DNA of 64,000 nucleotides from Candidatus Binatia bacterium. GTDB taxonomy: Bacteria; Desulfobacterota; Binatia; Bin18. A program made the position numbers and the translations under genes. This document shows, piece after piece, positions 12,740 to 22,240 of this stretch. The stretch lies in the NCBI GenBank assembly GCA_963666315.2, contig CAXXHG010000043.1, positions 352,001 to 416,000 of the forward strand, in the 5' to 3' direction. The notes below the pieces were generated by a model. The model searched no databases. It saw nothing but the letters and a program-made list of their open reading frames with translations, and was not told the origin of the DNA. How positions within the stretch are numbered: position 1 is the first letter of the stretch; every line of letters starts with the position of its first letter.

Positions 12740-13125
12740 CGCGCGTGCTCTTGGGGCTGACTAGTCAGAACAGTACGGATATAGGCGAGCAAGGCATCAA
12801 AGGGAAACGGTTTGATCAAGGCGGAGGCAATATGAGGTTCAATAGCAAGGGAAAGAGTCAGACGGGTCGGCGCACCTGTGACGAGAATAATTGGTAATTG
12901 GGGATAACGCTAGATAACGTTAGTAATGAATTCGACCTGGCGATTTCCTGGCATGTTGATGTCACTGATGAGCAGGGTGTACAAGCCTGTGTGGAGGAGG
13001 GCGGTGGCCTGGGTGACATTTGACGAGCTGTCGCACGCATAGCCATGGCTGTGCAAGAGCGCTGTCGTAGAGAGACAAAACATCTCGTCGTCATCAACAA
13101 GGAGCAGCCGATCATGTGTATGCAT
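12740..13125 (-). pseudogene. Response regulator receiver domain with internal stop
   Basis: MHTHDRLLLVDDD...ISDINMPG...NVI*RYPQLPIILVTG...LIKPF; in-frame TAG at 12910-12912; end coordinate approximate. Confidence 0.7.
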
Positions 13126-13293
13126 GCCTCTGCCTGCAATTCCTGCAATCACACTGCCCGATTGTGCTGTGATGAGTAAAGGAGAAGCTTGCGTGGGATT
13201 GCGGATGTCTGCTGAAAATTACACGCACAGAGATATTTTTTGTCTTTTTGGGAAATTCAAAAAGACAGCTCGCAGGACCGACAATGCGGGTTC

Positions 13294-14853
13294 CTACGGT
13301 CGAATGGTATATGTACGCGGGCCGGAGTGTTGGGTGAGCTGAGGCTGAATCCACTCCACCCAATCACACAGCACTGGACGTGTCTGCCTAGGGTCAATGA
13401 GGTCGTGGACGGCGAATCCTTCTGCACGCGTATAGGCTGAACGCTTACTTGCAAGCTGCTCTTCGATCTCGCGCCTCTTGGCTTCTGGATCTGGGGCAGC
13501 GGCGATCTCGCGCCGATAGGCGATGGCGACGCCGCCTTCAAGCGGCAGTGCTCCGCTCTCTGCTGACGGCCAAGCAAAGACCATCCCGGCAGGACCAAAA
13601 TGGGCGGCTCCAGCAACGCCATACACCTTTCTGACGATCACTGAGACCCAGGGGACGGTGGACTGCATAATAGCAAAAAGGGTGGCTGTCCCGTACCGGA
13701 TTGTTGCCGTTTGTTCGGCTTCTGGTCCAATCATAAATCCGGGTTCGTCAACGAGGCTCACAATCGGTAAATGAAAGGTGTCACACAGGTCAACGTGGCG
13801 CTTCACTTTTTGTGCGCCATGTGCGGTCATGGCTCCCGCATACCACTGCGGATCGTTGGCCAGGATGCCGACAGATTGGCCGTTCAGCCGAGCGAGTCCG
13901 GTAATTTGGGAAGGCCCATAGAGTGGGGCAATCTCAAAAAACGATTCCTGGTCGACAATACATTCAATGAGGCGGCGCATAGAGTAGGCACGCCGCCGGT
14001 TGCGCGGGATAATCTTCAGTAACTCATCCTCTTGTCGTTTCGGATCATCTTGGCAGGCGTGCACAGGGGCCGCCTCCCACACATTGGTCGGCAGATAGCT
14101 TAAGAACTGCTGAATCTGTGCAAACACACCTAACTCATCATCCGCGATATTGTCCACCACTCCGCTCCGGAGATGAATATGCGGGCCACCCAGCTCTTCC
14201 TTTGTAATAGGCTGTCCGAAGGCGCGCTCAACCAGCGCAGGGCCGCCTATCATGACCTGGGAGGAGTTTTTCGTCATAACCGAGAAGTGAGAGGCGACTA
14301 AACGTGCAGCTGGGAGGCCGGCTACTGCCCCCACGGCGGCAGACGCAACAGGTACCATAGACATCGCCTGCATAATCGACAGAAAGCGTGGCGGTGTGTT
14401 GACGGATTCAGTACTGCCGGTGGTTTCGCCCTTCTTGTTCCCGCGCGGGACACTGCCTCCTCCACCCTCGAGAAAACGGATCAAAGGAAAACGATAGCGA
14501 CACGCCAACTCTTCTGCCCATACGCTCTTGCGAAAGCCAGCCGGGGAGGGCGACCCACCCTTTAGGGTGAAATCTTCTCCACCCACAACGCAGGGTCGTG
14601 CATTGATTTTGGCAAAACCGACAACATAATTGGCTGGCGTAAACGAGCCCAGTTCTCCTTGCTCATCAGTTTCGGAGTAGCCGGCAATGGAACCCTGTTC
14701 ACGAAAAGAGTCAGGGTCAACTAACTGATCGACGCGTTCGCGGATGGTGAGTCGTCCCCTGTCGTGGTGCTTGGCGATGGCATCCGGACCGCCAAGTTCG
14801 CGTGCCAATTGTTTGCGTTGCGTGATGCCTGCGACTTCCTTTTCCCAGCTCAT
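13294..14853 (-). CDS. Acyl-CoA carboxylase carboxyltransferase (beta) subunit
   Basis: Start reassigned to MSWEKEV; DFTLKGGS, EELGG, LVDEPGFMIG, IDPRQTR. Confidence 0.88.
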   Translation of the reverse strand: MSWEKEVAGITQRKQLARELGGPDAIAKHHDRGRLTIRERVDQLVDPDSFREQGSIAGYSETDEQGELGSFTPANYVVGFAKINARPCVVGGEDFTLKGGSPSPAGFRKSVWAEELACRYRFPLIRFLEGGGGSVPRGNKKGETTGSTESVNTPPRFLSIMQAMSMVPVASAAVGAVAGLPAARLVASHFSVMTKNSSQVMIGGPALVERAFGQPITKEELGGPHIHLRSGVVDNIADDELGVFAQIQQFLSYLPTNVWEAAPVHACQDDPKRQEDELLKIIPRNRRRAYSMRRLIECIVDQESFFEIAPLYGPSQITGLARLNGQSVGILANDPQWYAGAMTAHGAQKVKRHVDLCDTFHLPIVSLVDEPGFMIGPEAEQTATIRYGTATLFAIMQSTVPWVSVIVRKVYGVAGAAHFGPAGMVFAWPSAESGALPLEGGVAIAYRREIAAAPDPEAKRREIEEQLASKRSAYTRAEGFAVHDLIDPRQTRPVLCDWVEWIQPQLTQHSGPRTYTIRP

Positions 14854-14906
14854 AGGTTGTGTTCTTTCACGTTGCTCTCGAACAGCAGTCGTCCCCAGAT
14901 ACTGAT

Positions 14907-15521
14907 CTACTGCATTGGCGAAAATGCTGCAGGCAGAACAATTTTGCTTTCCTGCCTGATGAGAAACTCTCCGATAGTAGGCGGCCAATCTGACAGGTGG
15001 GCGGCTTCTGCTCGGATACGCGCGCGCTCTTCTAAACTGACGTAAGGCCATATATGGACAAACTTGTTGAGTTCGCCCAGGCCGCTATACCAGCAGGCGG
15101 CAAGCGGGGAGAGTTGGGTGCGCTGAGGAATGGCTTTTGCCCATTGTTCCAGGATGGTCGGTAGGCTGCCTGGCCGACACATATAGGTTCGAATCTCGTA
15201 GATCGGTCCAAGCTGGTGTTTTACCAGCGGGTCCATAAAAGCTGCAGGCAGGAAGATTTCGGACTCCATATGCTCGATGAACTTGCCTATCGGCGGTGGC
15301 CATTTCCCGCTTTTTATGGCTTGGCTGCGTGCGTCAGTCCGGTGCTGTAAGCTTTCATACGGCCAGACGTGGATGATCTGGTTAAGCGGGCCGATCTCGG
15401 TATGCCAGAAGGCTCCCAGCGCGGAGAACGGCTCGCGCTGAGGGAGTGCCTCGGCAAAGCGTTGTTCACATTCGGCCAACGTGCCTGGTTTCAAGCGGTA
15501 GGTACGTACTTCATAAATCAT
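14907..15521 (-). CDS. NIPSNAP family protein (two domains)
   Basis: Tandem IYEvRTY...HvWPY.SL..R repeats; start MIYEVRTY. Confidence 0.9.
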   Translation of the reverse strand: MIYEVRTYRLKPGTLAECEQRFAEALPQREPFSALGAFWHTEIGPLNQIIHVWPYESLQHRTDARSQAIKSGKWPPPIGKFIEHMESEIFLPAAFMDPLVKHQLGPIYEIRTYMCRPGSLPTILEQWAKAIPQRTQLSPLAACWYSGLGELNKFVHIWPYVSLEERARIRAEAAHLSDWPPTIGEFLIRQESKIVLPAAFSPMQ

Positions 15522-15578
15522 GGTCGCCCTCCTTTGACCTTGTCCCCACAACGAACCCCATTGTGACTTGTGTATGAT

Positions 15579-16562
15579 TCACGGTTGCGGCGGTGGGGCA
15601 AGTGCACATTCGTCAAGGGCCCGCCGCAGGGCAGCACGGTCAAAGCCCTTGCCGATAAAGACCACATGCTCGGGCGGTTCGGGTAATAGATCTAGCCATT
15701 CCATGTCGAACTCTCCCGCCACATACTGGAACATCCACTGCTCATCAGAGTCCGTAAGCCGCACAAACCCCTTTGCTCGCCACACTGTGTCCGGCAAAGA
15801 ACGCATCATCTGTTCGAATCTTTCTCGTACGAGTGGAGCTTCACATAAATACGTCAAGGTGTGAAAATGGTCGTGAACCGGAGCCTGACGCCGCGAGGCG
15901 CTCGCCTGGGAGGCGCTCGGCTGCGAGATCTCGCCTGCCCGGTTGAGGAGACGAGCGTAGTCGGTCTCCGCACGTTCAGTCCGGATAATCTCCGCGCGCG
16001 GATTGAGCTGACGAATCTGTTCCTCTAATCGAGCCAAAGTTTGCTCGTCAGCCAAATCACGCTTGTTCAGCAAAACCACGTCTGCCAGCACAGTCTGTTG
16101 CCGAATACCCGAGTGGACCTCTTCGGACAACCGGTTGAAGTTGACCGGATCAAGGACGGCAATCAGTGAGGCGAGCCGGACGAGAGGTAAAACTTCTTCT
16201 TTGGTGGCTTGATCAATGAGTTCGACCGGATCTGCCAACCCAGTTGCTTCAATGAAGATCACGTCCGGCTTCAACGCTACCACGTCTTGGAGCGCGAGTC
16301 CCAGCGTTCCTCCAATGGTGCAGCAAATACAGCCGTTGGTCATCTCTCGAATGGAATAGCCTTGACCACGCAGCAGCTCACCGTCGATGCTGACCTCACC
16401 GTACTCATTCATCATCACGGCGGGCTTAAGCCCTTGGACAAGGCAATAATCCAGCAGGAGCTGGAGGAGCGTCGTCTTTCCACTGCCAAGAAAACCGGAA
16501 ATCAAGTGAACGGGAATACGCTCCGCATCAGCGAAGACCAGGCGCTCTTTCGGCTCATTCAT
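15579..16562 (-). CDS. CobW/COG0523 family metallochaperone GTPase
   Basis: GFLGSGKTT, GCICC, EATGLADP, NKRD, WRAKG C-terminal domain. Confidence 0.92.
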   Translation of the reverse strand: MNEPKERLVFADAERIPVHLISGFLGSGKTTLLQLLLDYCLVQGLKPAVMMNEYGEVSIDGELLRGQGYSIREMTNGCICCTIGGTLGLALQDVVALKPDVIFIEATGLADPVELIDQATKEEVLPLVRLASLIAVLDPVNFNRLSEEVHSGIRQQTVLADVVLLNKRDLADEQTLARLEEQIRQLNPRAEIIRTERAETDYARLLNRAGEISQPSASQASASRRQAPVHDHFHTLTYLCEAPLVRERFEQMMRSLPDTVWRAKGFVRLTDSDEQWMFQYVAGEFDMEWLDLLPEPPEHVVFIGKGFDRAALRRALDECALAPPPQP

Positions 16563-16595
16563 ACCGTCAACAGTATTCCAGGATTCACTGTCAGG

Positions 16596-16710
16596 GGGAA
16601 GGGAGGTAGGGGAGAATTACCTCCCTTCCCAGGTCCAGACGCAGAAAGGAGGGGAACCCGTCTGGACCAAACTACGACATGGACTGGGACGGACTACACG
16701 CCAGTCCATG
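16596..16710 (-). ncRNA. Candidate structured RNA: three consecutive hairpins, two with C-rich loops
   Basis: Perfect stems 16596-16608/16618-16630, 16632-16641/16659-16668 and 16678-16687/16701-16710; loop TTCCCCTCCTTT on the minus strand. Confidence 0.45.
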
Positions 16711-16751
16711 CAGCATAAACGCGGTCATTTCGTCGGCCATCTCCTCGGCTG

Positions 16752-17116
16752 ATGGTCATTATTATTCGAACAGTTAGCGGCCAGCTTTCGCTTGGCGATC
16801 TGACCTTTCTGGCAGGCTCGTTTAGTCGCCTGCAAACCTTGCGCCAGGACATTTTGAACCGCTTTACCTATGTGGCTGACGGAGCCCTCTATTTACGTGA
16901 TTTGTTTGACTTCTTCGAACTCCAACCCCGAGTGACCTGACCCGCGGCAAGGCCGCCGTCCTGATCTCGCACCGCTTTTCCACTGTGCGGATGGCTGACC
17001 GGATTCTCGTTCTAGAGAACGGGCAGACGCTGGAAATGGGGACACATGATGAACTGCTTGCTCAGGCCGGTCGCTACGCAGAGCTGTTCAATTTACAGGC
17101 CGTAGGCTATCGTTAA
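16752..17116 (+). pseudogene. ABC transporter (permease+ATPase) remnant with large internal deletion
   Basis: Membrane-domain fragment GQLSLGDLTFLAGSF...LFDFFELQP joined out of frame to the C-terminus LISHRFSTVRMADRILVLENG...GTHDELL...YAELF. Confidence 0.8.
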
Positions 17117-17140
17117 AGAGCTACAACCGCAGACCGCGCT

Positions 17141-17548
17141 TCAGCGGGATTTTGAGCGCCATTCTTCATACAGGCGCTCAAAATTATCTTTTTGGCTTTT
17201 GGGCATTTGCAGGTAGAGCTCGTAGTTGCGCCGGATTCGATCTTTTTCTGCGTTAGGCAGCCTCTGCCATTTTTTATACTTATCTTCGAGGCTGCGCTGC
17301 TCGGTGGGAGACAGCTGGCGAAAGCGCTGGTAGTTCTCAAGCGCTCGTGAGCGTTCGTCCTGGGATAATTCGTCCCAGTTGCGGATAAGAATCTGAGGCC
17401 GTTCTTGGGCCAAGGTTCCGCTGCTCAGAACCACGATCGCTCCAAGGACGAGGGCTATTTTTCCAAAAGCGACAGGACGCACCACAAATCTCTTCTTTCC
17501 CGCTCTGCTAGCTATGCTGGCTTGCTCCTCCAACTCTGGAGGTCTCAA
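17141..17548 (-). CDS. DUF3106-like exported helical-repeat protein
   Basis: Signal-like segment, then repeats W..LS..E+..L...Y..W; third gene of the ECF operon; true start uncertain. Confidence 0.7.
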   Translation of the reverse strand: MRPPELEEQASIASRAGKKRFVVRPVAFGKIALVLGAIVVLSSGTLAQERPQILIRNWDELSQDERSRALENYQRFRQLSPTEQRSLEDKYKKWQRLPNAEKDRIRRNYELYLQMPKSQKDNFERLYEEWRSKSR

Positions 17549-18197
17549 GAACAGACCCTAAATGTTGTAATTGTTCCATCTTTTTCAAAAGCTGGTAATG
17601 CATGAAAAAATTTGCATCCTCGCGCAGTGCGGAGGGAATATCCAGCCCACCGGGCCCCCCTCCCCTCCCTTCCATATAGGCAAAAGTCGGAATCTCATCA
17701 AAGTACGAAAATTTGTCGAGGCTGGCAAGAATCGCATAGTCAATAAAGAACTGAGGCTCTTGCTGCACTTGGACCGGGATGTTCGGACGTACTATCGGGC
17801 TTAGATGAGTGGCGCGTTGTGAAATAAACGAGCCGGAGAAGAAGTAGCCGGCAACAATCAGCAGACTTGCAGCGGCAGCAACAGCAGATCCGATCTGCCA
17901 GTTCGTCAACCACTCAAACTCCGCTATATGCCACCACTGGCTCGCCCGTTCGTCCAGAATCTCGGGCTCGCGTCTTCCTTCCTGCTCGAGACTTTTCCAA
18001 AATGTCGCAGCAAAATCCGGCGATGGGGAGACGCGTTCCAAGCTGGCCAACGCTTCATCAACAACACATCCAAGCTGGGCGCTCTCTTGTGTACAGGCCA
18101 TGCAGCTACGAAGATGCGCAGCGATCTGTACGCGTTTCGATGCGGAGAGTTCACTATCTCTGTAGGCAACAAGATCTTCTTGTAGAAGATGGCTCAT
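17508..18197 (-). CDS. Anti-sigma factor (zf-HC2 zinc finger, single TM)
   Basis: HLRSCMAC motif, TM segment, overlaps the sigma stop codon (ATGA). Confidence 0.85.
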   Translation of the reverse strand: MSHLLQEDLVAYRDSELSASKRVQIAAHLRSCMACTQESAQLGCVVDEALASLERVSPSPDFAATFWKSLEQEGRREPEILDERASQWWHIAEFEWLTNWQIGSAVAAAASLLIVAGYFFSGSFISQRATHLSPIVRPNIPVQVQQEPQFFIDYAILASLDKFSYFDEIPTFAYMEGRGGGPGGLDIPSALREDANFFMHYQLLKKMEQLQHLGSVLETSRVGGASQHS

Positions 18198-18805
18198 GAT
18201 GTGTTCAGTATATCCTTGAGTCCAACTCGGAGACTTTGCGTAGCTCGAAAAACGAGGCTTTTCACTGCTTTCTCAGTACAGTCGAGCACGCCTGCCACCT
18301 CTTGATATGATAGCCCTTCGAGCCGGCTCAACAACAGGGCGGTCCGCTGCGAGTCCGGAATGCAGCCAAGAATATCTTGTATTCTATCCGCCGTCTCCTT
18401 AGCTACCAAGAGTTTGTCCCCCGGCCAGCCCTTTTGGTCCGGGAGTGCGCGTGGGGGGGCTTCGTCTTCACCGTCATAAGGCTGGTCTAGCGTATCAATA
18501 CTGACACGATATTCCCCTCTCCGTACCTCGTTTAAGCAGTGATTATTGGCAATCTTAAACAACCAAGTCGAAAACTTTGCTTGAGGCTCATACCGCTCCT
18601 GCCAGCGATACACCTGCAAAAACACATCCTGCGCAATCTCCTCGGCACGGGCGCGATTGCCAAGAAAGCGAAAAGCAAAATTTACCACGGACGCAGCGTG
18701 TTTGTTAAACAGTTGCTGAAACGCACCCTCCTCCCCATTCTGGAAGCGAAGCATGAGCTGCACGTCAGGATCGTCGTTTGGCGAGCGCCTCTCTTTCTGT
18801 TTCAT
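18194..18805 (-). CDS. ECF sigma-70 factor
   Basis: Start reassigned to MKQKERR; AEEIAQDVF, FSTWLFKIANN, LSYQEVA..L....KAVKSLVFRA. Confidence 0.92.
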   Translation of the reverse strand: MKQKERRSPNDDPDVQLMLRFQNGEEGAFQQLFNKHAASVVNFAFRFLGNRARAEEIAQDVFLQVYRWQERYEPQAKFSTWLFKIANNHCLNEVRRGEYRVSIDTLDQPYDGEDEAPPRALPDQKGWPGDKLLVAKETADRIQDILGCIPDSQRTALLLSRLEGLSYQEVAGVLDCTEKAVKSLVFRATQSLRVGLKDILNTS

Positions 18806-18983
18806 TGAACACTTCGCAACCCAAAAAGTCTCAGCAGGAGGCGCTCCTCTTCGGCCCTCTGTGTCTCGATCAAGCGTGATCAGCATATAGAGGTGAATAG
18901 AGAAAATGAAGTAGAGGCAAGGGATAAGGGGGATTGCCACAAGGCATTGGAGGCGCTGGGGGGAGAAAAATAGGAGCGCGTAT

Positions 18984-20615
18984 ATGCAGCCTTTTTTTGA
19001 GGAATCTCTGACGGAACATTTGGCCCGCATCGAGCATTATATGCGGGGGTGTGAGTTACTTGATTTTCCCCGCGAGGAAAGTTCCTTGCGAACCGAGCTT
19101 GCCGCATTTTTGCGCGACCACGAGACGGCCGTCGTGCAGGAATGGGTTGCCCTTATTGCCCAGACCTTTCCCATTGCGATGGAACAGGTTCCCGAAGTTA
19201 GGAACGACATGGGGGCCGCCCTCCGGCGCTGGGCCCAGCATATCGAGAACCCGGAGGATACGCAGACCTATGAGTATCTGCGCCAACATGCCCGGCAAGG
19301 ATTTATCTCACTTTTTCCTGCCTCCCGTTTTCTTGCCAGCCAGATGAAAATCCGTCTGCTCATTGTTGAACGTTTACGTGGGGCATATGCCAAAAATCGG
19401 AAAAAGTTAGTCGCGTTGCTCACCTTGCTGGATCAAGAATTCTATGAGCGTATTCTGCATATCACTGACTTTTTCGTTGAAGCACGGGAAGAGGCACTAC
19501 GAGACGAAGAAGAGCGTCATCGCAAAATAGTTGATTATTCTCCAGCCCCGATTTTTCAGATTAGCGGTCAGGACGGCACAATTCAGCGGGCTAATAAAGA
19601 GGCTGAAAAAGTGACGAGAATGTCACAGACAGAGCTTGCCGGAAAGGCAATCTGGGACCTGCATCCACCGGAGGAGAGAGAGCAAGTCCGGCAACTCTAT
19701 CACGAGACCTTAAAGCAAGGATATCTGGGCTGGGAGGATCTGCGCTTGCTGACAAAGAACGCGGAGGGCGTTGTTCCGGTGTCGGTCTATTTTGGCGCTC
19801 TTGAGCATCGCGGAGAAAAAACAATTCAAGGAATTTATGTTGATATCTCTGTTCGACGCCAGTTAGAAAGCCAGCTCATTCAGTCAGAGAAAATGGCGGC
19901 TATTGGACAGCTCGCGGCTGGGATTGCGCACGAAATTCGCAATCCACTCGGCATCATTCGTAATGCGTTATATGACCTTGGTCAGATCACAGACGCAACG
20001 AACCCAGATATTCAGGAAGATCTGCACATTGCCAAAGGAGAAATTACCCGTGCGCAGGAAATTATCACTAACCTCCTAGAGTTCTCCCGCGAGAGCGGGA
20101 CCGACATGGAAGAGGTTAGCCTGGATGATCTGCTAGGGAAAACGCTCCAGCTCATGCGCAAATATTTGGAGACACACAACGTCCAGGTCGTGACGCACTT
20201 TGGCGATGTCGGCAGCTGTCTGACCAACCAAAATGCCCTGCGTCAAGTCTTTCTGAACCTCATTACCAACGCGGTCCAAGCCATGCCTGACGGAGGCGAG
20301 CTGCGCTTATACACCAAACGGAACGCCCAGAATCATGTGTCGATTGAATTCAGTGACACAGGCGTCGGTATTCCAGAGCACCAGCTGAACAGCATCTTCA
20401 ATCCCTTTTTTACGACAAAAGAGCCCGGACAGGGTACCGGACTTGGTCTATCCATCGTCCATTCAGTGATTAAGCGCTACCAAGGCAATATCTCTGTTCA
20501 AAGCAATGTGAATCACGGCACGACGTTTCTGATAGAGCTTCCCTGTCCATGTGCCAACGAATCGTCCGTTTTTGAAAATTCAGCCCCGGACATAACACCG
20601 CCGGTGCTCTCTTAG
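18984..20615 (+). CDS. Sensor histidine kinase (RsbR-N/globin-like helical N-domain, PAS, HisKA, HATPase)
   Basis: AHEIRNPL, NLITNA, DTGVGI, PFFTTK, GTGLGL. Confidence 0.9.
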   Translation: MQPFFEESLTEHLARIEHYMRGCELLDFPREESSLRTELAAFLRDHETAVVQEWVALIAQTFPIAMEQVPEVRNDMGAALRRWAQHIENPEDTQTYEYLRQHARQGFISLFPASRFLASQMKIRLLIVERLRGAYAKNRKKLVALLTLLDQEFYERILHITDFFVEAREEALRDEEERHRKIVDYSPAPIFQISGQDGTIQRANKEAEKVTRMSQTELAGKAIWDLHPPEEREQVRQLYHETLKQGYLGWEDLRLLTKNAEGVVPVSVYFGALEHRGEKTIQGIYVDISVRRQLESQLIQSEKMAAIGQLAAGIAHEIRNPLGIIRNALYDLGQITDATNPDIQEDLHIAKGEITRAQEIITNLLEFSRESGTDMEEVSLDDLLGKTLQLMRKYLETHNVQVVTHFGDVGSCLTNQNALRQVFLNLITNAVQAMPDGGELRLYTKRNAQNHVSIEFSDTGVGIPEHQLNSIFNPFFTTKEPGQGTGLGLSIVHSVIKRYQGNISVQSNVNHGTTFLIELPCPCANESSVFENSAPDITPPVLS

Positions 20616-20639
20616 GTAGCGCTTATCGAGACTGCTCGT

Positions 20640-22001
20640 ATGCAGGGACACATCCTCCTCGTCGAAGACGAAAGCAATATGGCCAAGATGCAGGCAAAGA
20701 TCCTGCATCGCAAAGGCTACACGGTAGAGGCTGTTTGTAATGGGCAAGAGGCGCTACGCCTGCTCGATCAGACGAATTTTGACGTCGTCATCACCGACCT
20801 CAAGATGCCGGTCATGGACGGCATGCAACTCCTGCATGAGATGCGCGCACGCGCCTGCGAGTGTCCGGTCATTGTGCTGACCGGACACGGCACGATTGAA
20901 AGCGCTGTCGAAGCCATGCAGCGCGGGGCCACCGATTATCTGACCAAACCCTGCAACCCGGACGAGCTGTTACTCAAGGTCGAGAAGCTGGTCGAAACAC
21001 GCCGCCTGCGCCGGGAGCTTGCCCAGTTACGGCGCGAGGTCAAGAGCTATAAACGCTTCGGTGAACTCATCGGACAGAGCGCGCCGATGCGTCGCCTATA
21101 TACCACGATAGGCGCGGTTAGTGGCAACAAAAGTACCGTGCTGGTGACGGGGGAGAGTGGTACCGGAAAAGAATTGGTCGCCCGGACCATTCACCTGAAA
21201 GGCCCGCGGGCAGAGCAACCATTTCTTGCCATCAATTGTGGCGCGATGTCAGAAACCCTGCTCGACAGCCAGCTCTTTGGCCATAAGCGAGGCGCGTTTA
21301 CCGGAGCGATCGCAGACAATGACGGCATCTTTCAAGCTGCCAGTGGCGGCACCCTCTTTCTCGACGAAATTGCGGAGATCCCACTCGCCCTGCAGGTCAA
21401 ATTCCTGCGTGTCATTCAAGAGCGGGAGGTCACGCCTTTAGGCGTGAGCCATCCGGTCAAGGTTGATGTACGGATCATTGCTGCGAGTAATACGGATCTC
21501 GAAGAAGCGGTTGCTCTTGGAACGTTTCGTAAAGACCTATTCTATCGTCTGAATGTCGTCCCGATTCATCTTCCGCCGCTGCGGGAGCGACGCGACGACA
21601 TTCCGCTCCTGGTCGATCACCTTATTGCCGGGTTCAGCACGGAGTATAAAGTCGAACCTAAACGACTGACAGCCGATGCCCTGAACAAGCTTGTTGCCTA
21701 TCCCTGGCCGGGCAATATTCGAGAGTTACAAAATGTGATCGAGCGCATGTTCGCGTTGAGTCATAGTCAGGAGACTACGCTGGCCGATCTCCCGGATCCC
21801 ATTGCCGGGTTCGAGATGCCAGCGTCTCATTTTGATGCCTGGGCTGACCTGCCTTCCCTAGAGTCTATGGAAAAGTCACTCATATCAACCGCCCTACGTC
21901 GGGGACACGGTAATAAAAACGAAGCCGCCCGCCTGCTCGATATTGACCGCCAGCGGCTGTATCGGAAGATTGAAAAATATCGTCTTGATTCTGCAGGATA
22001 G
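20640..22001 (+). CDS. Sigma-54-dependent response regulator (NtrC family)
   Basis: Receiver, [27 protein letters not shown], Fis HTH. Confidence 0.93.
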   Translation: MQGHILLVEDESNMAKMQAKILHRKGYTVEAVCNGQEALRLLDQTNFDVVITDLKMPVMDGMQLLHEMRARACECPVIVLTGHGTIESAVEAMQRGATDYLTKPCNPDELLLKVEKLVETRRLRRELAQLRREVKSYKRFGELIGQSAPMRRLYTTIGAVSGNKSTVLVTGESGTGKELVARTIHLKGPRAEQPFLAINCGAMSETLLDSQLFGHKRGAFTGAIADNDGIFQAASGGTLFLDEIAEIPLALQVKFLRVIQEREVTPLGVSHPVKVDVRIIAASNTDLEEAVALGTFRKDLFYRLNVVPIHLPPLRERRDDIPLLVDHLIAGFSTEYKVEPKRLTADALNKLVAYPWPGNIRELQNVIERMFALSHSQETTLADLPDPIAGFEMPASHFDAWADLPSLESMEKSLISTALRRGHGNKNEAARLLDIDRQRLYRKIEKYRLDSAG

Positions 22002-22240
22002 GCGATCATAAGGATAGGTGATCGCCCTGCCCCCTCACACAACGATGATGCCTATACTCCAAGACATGCCAAAGTCGGCGTAATGGTTATTCCCTAGATG
22101 CCCCGCCAAGCTGCGAGAATACGTATGGCCCGTCAGGTATGGTCGCCACCTTCGCCCCGGACGGGAGCTCGTTGCAAAAGGTAAGGAAACGGAGAGCACA
22201 CAGGAGTTGCTCTTTCACACAAGCGGAGAGTCCGGGGTGG

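Noticed and set aside
14854-15051. N-terminal extensions in the ORF track (carboxyltransferase; also amnA, ECF sigma, gspH, gspK, addA-like, esterase)
   Set aside because: They overlap neighbouring genes; downstream starts fit family lengths better
16563-16750. Cobalamin riboswitch upstream of cobW
   Set aside because: No B12-box or conserved GGGAA/GCCACUG core seen, only simple perfect hairpins
16938-16940. TGA in the ABC fragment as possible selenocysteine
   Set aside because: Homology resumes in a different frame and hundreds of codons are missing, so it is a deletion junction
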